Source: the human T2T-CHM13v2.0 reference genome, Homo sapiens. Taken from it: DNA of 64,000 nucleotides. The notes beneath the pieces were generated by a model. The model searched no databases, was not told the origin of the DNA, and saw only the letters and a program-made list of their open reading frames with translations. This document shows positions 40,557-57,250 of this stretch, in pieces. The position numbers and the translations under genes were made by a program. Each line of letters opens with the position of its first letter. Position 1 is the stretch's first letter. The stretch is taken from the NCBI RefSeq assembly GCF_009914755.1, contig NC_060925.1; one strand, written 5' to 3'.

Positions 40557-41582
40557 TCAGAAAAAAAAATTCCCTTCAGCATTTTGAAGGTATATTTTAT
40601 CACATTCTAGAATCTAACATTAACAATGAGTCGTCTTCATGAAGACGTATATCTCATCCTGTAGTAGGAATTTTCCTCCTTTTTTCACTGTCTTTCATTG
40701 TGATATAAGTAGTTTAGAGCTTTTCTCTTGCTCTCACTTTTGCTTTCTCACTCTCTGCACTCTCCTGCACCCAATCCTGTGCCCTTATCTACTTAAGAAT
40801 CTGAGGATTCTTTTAGATTGTGTTCCTTCAGCTCTGAAAATTGTTACTGCATTATTATAATTAGACCAGTCTTCAAACTGTTTTCTCACTTCTATTTTTG
40901 GAACAATTATTGTACAGATTTTGAAAAATTCTGAATTGATTGCTCATTTAGATCTGTTTTCTCATTTTTCCTTTTCTCAAATTATTCATCTTGTTGACCT
41001 TTAGGTTGGATTTCTGTATTCTGGAAGTCCCTGCTACCTCATTTTCTAGCCCCCTGATTGACTCTTCAGGATTGATCGTTTTAACATCCATCTATTCACT
41101 GATGGGTTTTCTTTTATTTTAGACTAATAATTTGAAAGATTTTTGTTTTAAAATGCTCTCTCCTTGTCGTGTGTGAATATCATTTTCTCAAATTTCTCTT
41201 TTCCCTGTGCTATAACCTCTTATCCCCCAAATATCCCTTGTACTTCCATTTTGTCAACCTCAGAGATGTGTGGTGTCCAGCCACTGTCAAAGCCTGGTTC
41301 TCTGTCCCCCATTTATTCTCTCGGCTTGCATTTCTTTTCTCTTTGGTTGTGGTATCAAAATATGGTTAAGCAAAAGTTTACCTTTATAATGCTGGGATGA
41401 TCACAGTACCTCAGGAGCATATATGGATACAAGAGCTGCCCCACAAAAAAAGTTTATGCCGATAAACAATGATTAATCATGTGTTCCGATACGACACAGA
41501 TAAGAACTTGCCAAAATGCTTCTTACTTACTATTCAAGTTTTCCCTAAATGTCTCCTTTTCATGAAAGTCTTCAGTAACCAC

Positions 41583-41720
41583 TTTTTTTTATTTTATTTT
41601 TAATTGACAAATAATAATTGTATATACTTATGGGGTACAATGTGGTATTTAATATATTCATTGTGGAATGATCAAATCAGGCTGATTAACACATCCATTG
41701 CCTCAAAGATTTATTATCTA
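41583..41720 (-). mobile_element. L1MA 3' terminal fragment
   Basis: TTTTTAATTGACAAATAATAATTGTATATACTTATGGGGTACAATGTG...GATCAAATCAGGCTGATTAAC. Confidence 0.8.
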
Positions 41721-42880
41721 CTGTTTTGTTAACATTTCAAATCAGCATATATAGAGAGAAAACATTCTGAGCAATTTTATTTACTAATTTTCACCCAGTC
41801 CCTGAGGAAATGCTTGGTAGATAGTAAAAACTGAAAAAAAAAAAAAAAAGATTAATCAAGAGTTTTTTTAATACTACAGAATTGTGGAAAGAAAGCATTT
41901 TGATCATCTGTACAGATGAGGGAGGAGAGTTCATATCAATGGTGATATCCCTACTTGGACTGCTTTTAATGTGAATACTGGAAATTGAAATAAAATTAAT
42001 GTGACTGTAGTAATATTTCTATATTTATCATATGGACTAGAAAAACAAAATAATTATTATAAAAATACTTTCCCCTAACATGGAAGAAAGTTAAAAGGAA
42101 AGTTAAAAATGCTGGAAATCTAATATTCTTTTAGTGTTGATAACATATTTATCTATCATATCTTCAAACATCTTGATAAAGTTTCCATAATACTGTGAGA
42201 GTTAACTTTCTTTCTGAGTTTCATACTCAGAATTTAAAACAAAGCATATAATTATGAAGTTCCTACTGGACTGATTTAATACTTATTTGCCCTGATTTAT
42301 AAAACAGAACTATAAATGATGTAAAAGGACATATATTTTTACGAATTATATGTATTTTTAAGAATTCTATTTTGTTTTGCTTTAAAGTGTTTTCTATTAT
42401 TTCAATTCTAAACCCTTCAGCTAAATTTTAAATATTTCATTTTTCTTTGGATCCAATTTAATCAGAATTTTGCCCACACTACCCCAAGTAGAACATTTTA
42501 TCAAGGTCACCATTGGTTTCCATGTTATTAAATCCAATGGTCAGTTCTTACTACTCATTTTACTGTCAAAAGATTTGACACAGAAAATCAGCCTTAATCA
42601 TTTTCACTTGACCTAAATAATGCATCCTGTCTTGCGTTAGTCTCTACCTCACTGTGGGCTCCCCTTAGTTCATTTTTCTTCCTCTTCTACCCAGCTTCCT
42701 ACTATTGGCAGAGCCCAGGGTTAAGTACTTACTTATCTTATACTCTACACTCTCCACCCACTTCCTCAGTGATCTCATCAGTCTAATGATGAAGAATCCT
42801 CAAATTTTTGTCTCTACCATGGACTCGCCCCTCAATCCAGTCCGATATATTTAACTATCTGGTTAATAACTAATGTTGTG

Positions 42881-45594
<2,714 letters not shown>

Positions 45595-47148
45595 TCTATC
45601 TAAAAGATATCTCAAATACAGCATGTAAAAAAGAAGCTGATTTTAAACCAGTGGTAATGATTAATGACAATATTGTCATTTTATTTTCTCAGACCAAGAA
45701 ATTTAGAGTCTTTCTTCAGTAGTCTTTTACTCACACCACACATCGAATTCATTAGAAAATTCTTATGGCTCCATCTTCCAAACATATTGATTATTCAACC
45801 ATTTTATCCTACACATTTCAAATGCTACCAGTATAATCCAAGCCATTAGGTTATCTCATCTACAATAGTCTCATAATTCATTGTGTACTCACCCATACAC
45901 TTATTGCTTATGTTCTACAACTAGACTGATTATTTCAAAAATTAAGTCACATAACTTCTTTCCTCAAAAACCTGCAATATGCCTGCTTTATAAAGAATAA
46001 AACAAAACCTTCTTATATTGGCCTATAAAGCCTTATTTGATCTGGTTTCCTTGTTACCTCTCTAACTTCATCTCCTTCATGTTCACTATTGTTCACTCAC
46101 ATCTAGTAACACTTACCTCTTGAATATTCTTGAAAAATATCTAGGAAATTAGTGTTAGTCATATTCTTTGCCTTGTGTATTCCTCCCCTAGATATTTTAA
46201 TGACACACTTCTTTATTCCCTTAAGTCTTTGTTCAAAGATCATCTTCTTATACTCTCAAAACTGGTCACCCTACTCACAAATCAAAAACCATCTCCTTTT
46301 CCAATATCCCTAATCCCCCATGACATTCATTTTTCCCCATGTATTTATCTTCTAATAAAAATTGTTAATCTATTCTTCAGGACCAAATGGGTCCTTGAGA
46401 CCTTCGTAGGTCATCTGTGAGGCTAAAACTTTCATAATAATAGAATGACATTATTTGCCTTTTTTACTGTGTCATTTGGATTGATGATATAGAAGCAATG
46501 ATGGGTATAACTGTTGACATCGTGTCACTAATCAGAGGATTTGTGTGCTTGTAGTACTAGTGTACTAAGTCAGATTAGCAGACATTTTGTCAGCACTCAT
46601 TACATTCTTCTCCACCATGTACTTGTAGTTTTTTAAAAGCCAATCTTATTTAACAATGCTGTTGGTAAAGCAATAATAACTCCTGTTTTTACTCAATCTT
46701 GATCCTCAAATAGACATCATTTTCATATCATGTATGATAAAATGGGAAGTGTCTACAAAGCACATTTTCTTCATAATGGTTGTCTTGAAGAAAACAATTG
46801 TGCAACTATTTGAGGTGCAAACCGAACTGGCCACTTTTTAATAAATATTTATTTTTACTTGAAAAAAAAAAAGTAAAAGCACTTTTTGTCTTTTGAAAAA
46901 ATAGACATCCAATGGTCATGTAAACCTGGCATTACAGGCATTCATTGAAAATGAACCCAGTAAGCCTGTCACTTAAAGGAAAATACCTGACAAAAGTTGT
47001 TGCCAAAAATATATGTCAAGTTTTAAGCAAAAATTAGCATTTTGAAAAACATGTATTCACGTGGTTTTCCTGATGAGGTTAGTGGTGAGTTAACCATTGT
47101 GGCTTTTAATATTGTGTAATAAAATGTGTCAACATGAGAAAAACTCAG

Positions 47149-47445
<297 letters not shown>

Positions 47446-47588
47446 TCAGTGATTTTTCAATGGCCAGGACATAAACTTACAAAATCATGCATATGTAAAG
47501 CTTTCATTCAAACCACAGGAAACCCTGAGGATTTTAATGTAAGAAAATGAAGAGTTAGATTGATGTGGTTTATATCTACACTGCAAGT

Positions 47589-49668
47589 TGTATTAGTCTG
47601 TTTTCACTCTTCTGATAAAGACATACCTGAGACTGGGAAGAAAAAGAGGTTTAATTGGACTTACAGTTCTACATGGCTGGGGAGGCCTCAGAATCATGGC
47701 GGGAGGTGAAAGACACTTCTTACATGGTGGCTGCAAGAGAAAATGTGGAAGAAGCCAAAGCAGAAACCCCTGATAAAACCATCAGATCTTGTGAGACTTA
47801 TTCACTATCATAAGAATAGAATGAGAAAAACCAACCCCCATCATTCAGTTACCTTCCCCTGGGTCCCTCCCACAACATGTGGGAATTCTGAGAGACATAA
47901 TTCAAGTTGAAATTTTGGACACAGCCATACCATATCATGCCACCCCTGACCCCTCCAAATCTCACGTCCTCACATTTCAAAACTAATCGTGCCTTCCCAA
48001 CAGTCATACAAAGTCTTAACTCATTTCAGCATTAATCCAAAGTCTGCCGTCCAAAGTCTCATCAGAGAAGAGCCATGTTTTTCTGCCTATGAGCCTGTAA
48101 AAATCAAAAGCAAGCTAGTTACTTCCTAGATACAATGAGTGTAGAGGTATTGGGTAAATACAGTGGTTCCAAATGGGAGAAAGTAGCCAAAACAAAGGGG
48201 TTACAGGGCCAATGCAAGTCTGAAATCTAGCGGGGCAGTCAAATTTTAAAGTTCCAAAATGATCTCCTTTGACTCTAGGTCTCATATCCAAGTCATGATG
48301 CGAGAAGTGGGTTCCCCTGGTCTTAGGCATCTCTGCCCCTGCGGCTTTGCAGGGTACAACCTCCCTCCTGGCTGCTTTCATGGGTTAGTGTTGTGTTTCC
48401 CTGGCTTTTCCAGGTGCATGGTGTAAGCTGTCGGTAGACCTACCATTCTGGGGTCTGAAGGACCATGGCCCTCTTCTCACAGCTCTACTAGGCAGTACCC
48501 CAGTAGAGACTCTGTGTGGGAGCTCTGACCCCACATTTCCCTTTGGCACTGCCCTAGCAGAGGTTCTCCATGAGGGCCTTGCCCCTGCAGCTAACTTCTC
48601 TCTGGGCATCCAAGTATTTCCATACATCTTCTGAAGTCTAGGCAGAGGTTCCCAAACCTCAATTCTTTACTTCTGTGCATCTGCAGGCTCAACACCATGT
48701 GGAAGATGCCAAGGATTGGGGCTTCAACCATCTGAAGTCACAGCCTGAGCTGCATGTTGGCCCCTTCAGCCATGGCTGGAGCAGCTGGAACATAGGGCAC
48801 CAAGTCCCTAGGCTGCCCGCAGCGTGGGGACCCTGGGCCCAGCCCATGAAACCATGTTTTCCTCCTGGACCTCCAAACCTGTGATGGGGGAGGCTGCCAT
48901 GAAGGTCTCTGACATGGCCTGGAGACATTTTCCCCATGGTCTTGGGGATTAACATTAGGCTTTTTGCTACTTATGCAATTTTCTGCAGCCAGCTTGAATT
49001 TCTCCTCAGAAAATGTTTTTCTTTTCTATCACATTGTCAATCTGCAAATGTTCCAAACTTTTATGCTCTGCTTCCCTTATAAAACTGAATGTCTTTAACA
49101 GCACCCAAGTCATTTCTTGAATGCTTTCTACTTAGAAATTTATTCCACCAGATACCCTCAATCATGTCTCTCAAGTTAAAAGTTCCACAGATCTCTAGGG
49201 CACGGGCAACATGATGCCAGTCTCTTTGCTAAAACATAGCAAGAGTCTCCTTTGCTTCAGTTCCCAACAAGTTCCCCATCTCCATCTGGGACCATCTCCG
49301 CCTGGATCATATTTTCCATATCACTATCAGCATTTTGGGCAAAGCCATTCAACAAGTCTCTAAGAAGTTCCAAACTTTCCCGCATTTTCCTGTCTTCTTT
49401 TGAGCCCTCCAAACTGTTCCAACCTCTGCCTGTTACCCAGTTCCAAAGTCGCTTCCGCATTTTTAGGTATCTTTTCAGCAGTGCCCCATTTTGCTGGTAC
49501 CAATTTACTGTATTAGTCTGTTTCCACACTGCTGATAAAGACATACATGAGACAGAAGAAAAAGATGTTTAATTGGACTGACAGTTCCACATGGTTGAGG
49601 AGGCCTCAGAATCATGTTGGGAAGCAAAAAGCATTTCTTACATGGTGGCAGCAAGAGAAAATGAGGAG
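47589..49668 (-). mobile_element. THE1C-like MaLR provirus: 3' LTR 47589-47937, internal 47938-49508, truncated 5' LTR 49509-~49668
   Basis: Two homologous LTR ends TGTATTAGTCTG; internal begins GTAAATTGGTACCAG on the minus strand; MaLR peptide LWNWVTGRGWNSLEGSKEDRKM in ORF 49257..49544. Confidence 0.94.
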
Positions 49669-50084
49669 CTTTTTTCATTTTTTTTTTTTCAGAGAAAACA
49701 AGATAGCACAGTAGATTGAAGAAGCTGATGTAAAAATTTACTTGTCTTCTAAGTAGTAAGAGATTAAAGAGATATGCAAAAATGTGAAACAATGGCACTC
49801 TTCTCTATTTTTATTGTTTAGATATGAAAATATTAAGTTTTTATAAAAATATATTAGGTTAACCTATATTAGGTTAAATATTGTTACTTTTAAACAAATA
49901 AATAAATTTTTTTCTCAATTTCAATATCTAGTATGGTAAATATCAATAGACATTGCCCACATAAACAAAAGCTCTTGTAGCCCACAATAATTTTTGAAAG
50001 TGTATGGCAATGCTGACCCCAAAATAGTGAGAACTGTCCTTCTAATATATTACACATTATTTGAATATCATGCATCTTGACCTG

Positions 50085-50250
50085 CATCAGTTACCTATGG
50101 CTTTAAATAAACCACTCAACATTTTAGTGGCTGAATCCAACAATTCTTTAGTCTGTGGATCAGACAGAGACTAAAGATTTCTGCTAGGTAATCTGACCTG
50201 GGCTCACTCATACATATGCAGCTCGGCTTGGAGGATTAGCTGGCATTACA
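50085..50250 (-). mobile_element. old MLT1-type LTR fragment
   Basis: ATCAGTTACCTATGGCT..AACCACTCAACATTTTAGTGGCTGAA..GGGCTCACTCAT. Confidence 0.45.
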
Positions 50251-51194
50251 AAATAAACTGAGAAACAAAGGAAATATTTTACATTTATTTCTACCAATGA
50301 ATCTCTGTAGCTTACAAGAATGACCTTTTCATGATGCATGATCAATGAATATTTGTAGAACAATAAAAAAAAGAAGTGCTAATGTGATAGAAAACTTGTG
50401 TTATATCATTGTTTATTCTCTTGGATATTGAAAATTATTATCATTTGCTAGATAAATATTACTGCTAGAATTTAAGCTCTTTGAGAATCAGAACTACACT
50501 TGGTATTTAATAATCCCTCAATAAATATTTGCTGGATTAATGAACAGAGCTCCCCAATAAATGAGGAAAAATGAAATTAGTTAAAAAAAAGAAAAGCTAT
50601 TAATGAGATTTGAATAACTGATTTCTTATGTATATGCTTTTCTAACATTATTTAAAATTTTTAGGAAAGGTAATTATGTAGACAAATATTTCTAAAGAAT
50701 ACAAAATAACATTCCATGGCTTATATAAAAAAATAGAAAGATGAAGATGAACTCACGTTAGTGCTTTCTCAATCTCTTTTTTTTGCTTCACATTTGATCT
50801 TTTATTTCCTATTGTTTTACATACACCAGGGAGATAGCAGTTATTCTACAGATTCTCCCAGAAAAATTAAAATCACCATTTTTTATTGAAATAATATTTA
50901 TAATTTGCAAAAATGCAAACAAAAATCAGTGCAGAGAAAATGCAATAAATAAAATAATGATATTAACATATCAATTATAAAGTTAGAATATGATAATTTT
51001 TTAGAAGAAAACAGAGTTGAAAATATCAAATTGAAATGAAATGAAATGTCCATAAATAAATATCTGCTAGAGATACTGTCACTTCTGAATGTGTGGTGAG
51101 TATTGTTGCTATTCTTCTTCCATTGCCAAATGAAAATAATAGTGGCAGGAGAGATTTTGATCTTCACCTCAAAGAAAAAGTGTGCTTAATAATT

Positions 51195-52233
51195 ATATGA
51201 CATATTCAAGTTTTCATTTTTTTCAGAATTCAATAATAATAGGTTATGTAAGTATAGGAAAGTATCCATTTCTTCTAAGTTTTCCAATTTATTTGCATAT
51301 AGTGGCTCACAATACTTCCTAATGATCTTTTGAATTTCTGTGGTATCAGTTGTAATGCCTTCTCCTTCATCTCTAATTCTATTTATTTGTGTCTTTTTTT
51401 CTTAGTTGTGCTAAAGATTGTTAATTTAAAAAAATTTTTTAAATGGCTTTTTTTTTTAATCTTTAGTATTTTTTGGTCTCAATTCCATTTATTTATGCTC
51501 TGATCTTTATTTCTTTTCTTCTACTAATATTTGGGTCTGATTTGCTCTTGCTTTTCTAGTTCTTTGAGATCCATAGTTAGGTTGTTTGTCTGAAGTCTTT
51601 TTACATTTTCAATGTGTATTGTTATTGCTGAAATATTCTCCCTTATTGGCGCTTTTGCTGTATCCCATAGGTGTTGGTATGTTGTATTTTCATTTTCATT
51701 TATTTCAAAATATTTTTAATTTTCATTTTAATTTATTCATTGATTTACTGTTTGTTCAGGAGTATGTTGTTTAATGCATGTTGTTTTATTTCCATGTATT
51801 TGTATAGTTTCCAAAGTTCCTCTTGTTGTTGATTTCTAGTTTTAGTCCATTGTTGTCAGAAAAAAAACTTAATTTCTTTATTTAAAAAATTTATTAAGAC
51901 TTGTTTTATGGCCTAACATATGGCCTATCCCAGAAATTGTTCCAAGTGCTAATGAGAAGAATGTGTATTCTGCAGCTGTTGTGTGAAATATTCTGTAAAT
52001 GTCAATTAGGTCCATTTGGTCTATAATGCAGATTGTCTGATGTTTCTTTGGGTTCTCCATTGTTGGATACCTATATATTAACAATTGTTATGTACTCTTG
52101 CTGAAGTAACTCCTTTTTAATTATATAGTGACCTTCTTTGTCTTTTTTAACAGTTTTGTCTTGAAATCTCTTTTATCTGATATAAGTCTAGCTATTTCTG
52201 CTCTTTTTTATTTCCATTTGCATGGAATATCTT
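51195..52233 (-). mobile_element. L1M(A) ORF2 endonuclease-region fragment
   Basis: DQMDLIDIYRIFHTTAAEYTFFS..HMLGHKTSLNKF in ORF 51878..52084. Confidence 0.88.
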
Positions 52234-53914
52234 TAGAGAAAGTATATGTGACTTTTATTATACAAATCTCTTATAAATACTATTTTCAAAATTATTACAT
52301 ATAGCTCAGAACCAGTGAATATCTAGTTATTCACAAATTGTTAAAGATCAGAGTTATAAGATAAGACCGATAGGTAACTTTTATTCTTCCTGCCCATGGT
52401 TTCACAGAGGTCAGTAATCAAATGTGCATGGCCTAGTTGCCACTAAGTTAGACCTTGCTAATTGTCTAGTTCACATAAAATCTTCAGAGCACCACACATT
52501 GTATGGATTTTTAAAAAGGACTATCGGCTGAAGTATGATTGTTATAATTGCACTCAGTTCTGTAGTGTGAGTAAAATATCTGTCATATAGAAAAGCAGTG
52601 GAATTGACCTTCATGGGGCTTTTGGATAAGCACTATGCAAAAAAAAAAAAATAAATAAATCGTATAGCTCAGTTCTTAAATAGTAGTGAAAATCTTTTTT
52701 TATTCATAAACTGAGCTATTTAATCTAATAGATACTATTCACTTATTCTAATAAACACAATGGAAAATTAAAAATCAGACACAGTCTATAGATCTGAGAA
52801 AGCTGTCTCATTCACAATAGAATTCTCTTAATACTTGCTGGTTGTCTAACACAAGCAATTCTGTGTGACACAATAGGGAAAGAATCAGAAAATTATTGAA
52901 TCTCCTAGGAAAAAACAGCAGGAATCTTCTCTGTGCTATTCTCAATTATTTCATATTCTCAAATATTTGTTCTTACTGACAAAGAAACTTAGAAAATTTT
53001 CCAATCTCACATTAATTTTCCAGTAAACCAATTTAGAGCTAATAAGCATAGAATAATTTTACTTGTTATTTTTCGGTCTATGTTACTGCATACTGCTACT
53101 AATAGAACTCTGGAAAATAAAATAGGACACGATTGCTCTCATTTCTACTTATAGAATGTTTGCAAAAACTGAAAGGTAAAAAAGGAAAAAAAATTATACT
53201 AAAAGAACTTTGGAGTCTGAAAAATAAAATATATAAACTAGAGTAATTGAAAAAGAATGCCTTTGCCATTATGTCAGTTTTCTGAAAATTTAGGCAGAAA
53301 CCGTTTGCAATTTTGGGAACTAAGTTAGGATTAATAAAAAAAAGCATAGTTTTAAATTATTGCTTGTATTTTTTTCACAAAGGCTTACTAAGTCATAAAA
53401 TAGTATTTTTTTGGTAGGTGCATTTATACACATACACACATACATGTATACACATACACATATATGCACTCATGCACAGATCTAAATAATATATTCTTCT
53501 CTAAAATACAGAAGTTTACAAAGTTAAATTATTAAAATCAGTAACTTCACATAATTTCAATAGAAAAATTAATTTTAAAAATAAAATATATGATTTTATG
53601 TATGTTATGATGTTTCTTTATACTGTGGTAGTAAACAAAGAATCTTCAGGTAATGTCCACTTCATTAAATTTCATAGACCTAAAAAATGTCTTGTGATTC
53701 TTTAAAACTTTACCTTTGGTCATGCTGTTCTCCTCACCCATCCTACTTAGCACAGTCGTATTCTTTATAGTCCATCTCCAAAAGTCTTCCCTGATCAACT
53801 TGGAAAGCAATAATCTCAACTGATGAGCACCTCTATCTCTTTTAGTTGCCCTTACTTAGCTTTGTATATACTACTGATATAGCTCTCATTTGTATATTTG
53901 CCTTGTTTTTGTGT

Positions 53915-55500
53915 CTATTTATTCATTCATTTGACAATTGCCTACTGCATTGTGGTTTCCATTGTAGACACTGGGGATAAATAGAACATTGGGGATAAAT
54001 AGAACAAAATGAAGACCCTGGGCTCAAGGACTTTTCTTTTTATGTTATTCAAGCAATAAATGAGCATGTATGCCAGTTTATAAGGGGCTTAAAAGGAAAG
54101 CAACTCATCATCAGCTTTATGTAATTGGCACATACATGTCACATGGGGTCCAGGTCTTATATTTATTTATGTAACTTCCAGAGTTCTTTGCTATTGCAGG
54201 AGTGTCTATACTCATTGATGCTTATCCACAGTTGTTTCCTTCCACAGGGAGTAAATGTGTCACTTCTGGTTTCTCTTCCACAAAGGTATATATGATCTTT
54301 CAGTTTATGATGGTGATTCTGCTCAGGCTGAGCTCTGTCTTTTCTTCTCCTCTTTTCCTTGGAAATCATCTTTTGGAGAGAGCATTCACTCTCTCTTTTT
54401 CTCAGCCGATTGGTGAAGACTCAATCTCTGTGGGAGAAGACCTAGAATAGTTCTACACTGTTATAGACTAAGTAGCTCTGTCTATTTTCAGGATCATTAT
54501 TAGGAAGACTACTTGCCCACATACATAAGCCAAAGTCTTAAATGACTACTTCATCATTCATAAATAATATATTCTTCTCTTATTGTCTAACATACTTCTT
54601 TTATTTCTCTATTCATTTGCACTCCAGTGGGGAAAAAGATGCTATTCAAAACACCATATTTAGGAGTTACATAGAAAAAGACAGGTCTAGAAATGAAGAA
54701 GCAGATAAATGAGGAAACCCAAAAATATAATCTATCAAGGTATCTAAACAAAACAAAACAAACCACGAGTATTTCATGTGACAAAGGTAGAATTAGCTAT
54801 TGGATTAAATATGTCTCTGAAAGGGTGAGTAAAGTGAGGACGTAACAGACACATACTGTTGGTTTTGGCAACATGGAGCTCATTTGTAACTGGAAAGAAT
54901 AGGTTCTGTGGAATGGAGGAGGAGAAAGCCAAGATGGAGGGAGGTGAAAAGTAAAGGGCATGGAGCAAGTGCCAATGACATTCGAGAATGCACACTTGGT
55001 GATGTGACGTTCTGAAGGCTGATGTGAAATTGAAGGAGGTTTTTCCGTTCAAACAAATTTTAGAGGAATTGGTATATTAATGAGATTACCTTTTAGAGAA
55101 AATGACATTGAAGATATATGAGAAAGGGGTGGAAATCAAAGGAGTGAAGTTTCTGAGAGCAGGAGAGTCTGGGATTAGAAAACACGTGGAGGAAGTGGTG
55201 TTTGCCAGAAGAGATAGTTTACTCATGGTATCAAAAAGAAGAAGAAAATTTCAGGCACACATTACAAAGATGAAGAAGCTCCTATCTAGCAAACTTTATT
55301 ATCTTCACAAAATATGACCTGATAATATGTGTGAGAAGGGTTACAGAAGGAATGAGGTGGAATTAGAAACCTGGGTGCATCAGAAAATTTAATGCCTTTT
55401 CCTGAAAACAGGAGAACAAGCTTATAAGAGCTCATCCGAAGCAAATTAGAATTACTGAGAGTGGTTGAGGGCCTATTTGAACTTACTGTGAATTTAGAGT
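53915..55500 (-). mobile_element. scattered L2 fragments
   Basis: TTTATTCATTCATTTGACAATTGCCTACTG start; TTTGGCAACATGGAGCTCATTTGTAACT; includes a 17-bp tandem duplication TGGGGATAAATAGAACA at 53972 and 53990. Confidence 0.5.
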
Positions 55501-56269
55501 AATGCTATTATCAGCTCTGTGATATTTGCCAAGAATTTTCATTTGCACTGAAGTCAACTTAGAGGCTTGTCTCTCTGGATTTATATCCTCTGTCTTTTAT
55601 TTTTCCCTTTTTCTTCAGTGTTTTACCTGGTTGTGCTTCCTCTTTATTTTTTCCTTTATCTAATCATTTCTTACAGAAATAGCCTTACTACCAATGGCAT
55701 CCTTAAATTAGCTACTATATATGAAAATATTTAACCGTGCTCTTGATAAAGAATAGTTTAATGCTAGATAAATGCCAGCTTTCTTCTAGAGATATAATTT
55801 GCTTTGAGAACAAACTATTCAGCTATCCAAGAGTGAACTCTTTAGCAAGCACATATGCTGCTTCTTAAATATTACACAGAGACAGCTGTTAATCAGTTAC
55901 ATAGAAAATTATTTAGACTGACACCTGCTATATTCCCAACAAAAGCGAAGTACTTAAACCCATGCGATGTTTTAGAAAATGATTCCTTTAAAATTCTAGA
56001 GTACTGAATCAGAAGCATTTTACTAAATTAATGATAGCTTGTTAAATACAAAGTAGAAATTCATAAAACCTTTTAGCTTATTGTTACGATTGAGAGATAA
56101 AACACCTAACACTAGTTGAAAGAAAAACACAAGAATGTTTACATTATCATTTCACTTTTTTCAGAAAACTTTGCTAAATGAAAATTAGCTGTAGGTTAAT
56201 GATATTCATATCACCCATATTCAACTTTTATTAACCAAATTTTGATAAATTTATATGTGAAAATGGGTG

Positions 56270-57175
56270 GTGGAGACTGCTAAATGTTCATCAGTATCAA
56301 TATTCTTGTCTTCCATTTAAAACAGCACCCCCTAACTTTCACCTGGGCAAATGACACGGAGAGGGCATTTTTAATTCCAGCTTCTACAGCTCCAGTAAAT
56401 ATGTGATTAAGTTTAGGTCAAAAACAAATGAAAGGGATTGAAGAATGAAACTTCTCGTTCAGAACTGAAAATATACAATTGTTTTCCATTTGTGAGAAAC
56501 CTTGTAACTGCTCAATTTGTAGCTAGTCAATGAACGCATTCCCTTTTCATGCCAGGACACAGCTAGATTAGATTTCCCAGCCCCCTTTTCAGTCAGGTGT
56601 TGCCATGGCACTGCATTCCAGAGAGTAAGATTTGTGGAGAAATGATCTGGTGCCACTTCCGCTGCTCCATTAGTAGCTCCCAAGTTGCTTCTTCATCATC
56701 GTGTCTTCTCAGCAGGCCAGAGGATGACAGGAATGACAAGCCTAGAATTCACATGTCAACAATAATAAAGTCACAAGGAAGTGGGCCGAGTCCTTGAAGA
56801 AGCTCCTGAAATAGATCTATCTACTAGACAGAGATGTCTGTTTAGGACTTCATGTGAATTAAACAATAAACTTCAAGTTATAAATGCAGTAAGATCTAGA
56901 GGTTTCTCTTTGGAGCTCCAAACATTGCTCTCACTAACGGTTCCATGGTCTTTCCCACTTTTCCAGGCTGAAATATATCTGCATGTTTGTGAGCTAGTTT
57001 CCAACATTCTCAGAAAGACACAGCAACTGGGTCACTGTATCAGTGTCATATGTATCCAGGGCACCATGGACTGATGTTGCCTGCCTACATTGGGATCTTG
57101 TTTGAGGAAAATATATATATATTATATTTGAGCCACTGCATCTTGGGAAACATCTTCACTCAGAATGGTTAGCTC
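56270..57175 (+). mobile_element. old MLT1 (J/K-type) LTR fragments
   Basis: ATTTCCCAGCCCCCTTTTCAGTCAGGTGTTGCCATGG; GGACTTCATGTGAATTAAACAATAAACTT; TTTGAGCCACTGCATCTTGGGA. Confidence 0.55.
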
Positions 57176-57186
57176 ATATTTTAAAT

Positions 57187-57250
57187 CAGTAGTTCTCATA
57201 ACTTGGTTTGCATCAGCATCACCTGTAGGGCTTGTTAAAACATAGACTGA
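57187..57250 (+). mobile_element. MER5A fragment
   Basis: CAGTAGTTCTCA..TGCATCAGCATCACCTGTAGGGCTTGTTAAAACATAGACTG. Confidence 0.75.

Noticed and set aside
48115-49572. Several 60-106 aa ORFs
   Set aside because: Fragments of the THE1 internal region, broken by stops and frameshifts; not a host gene
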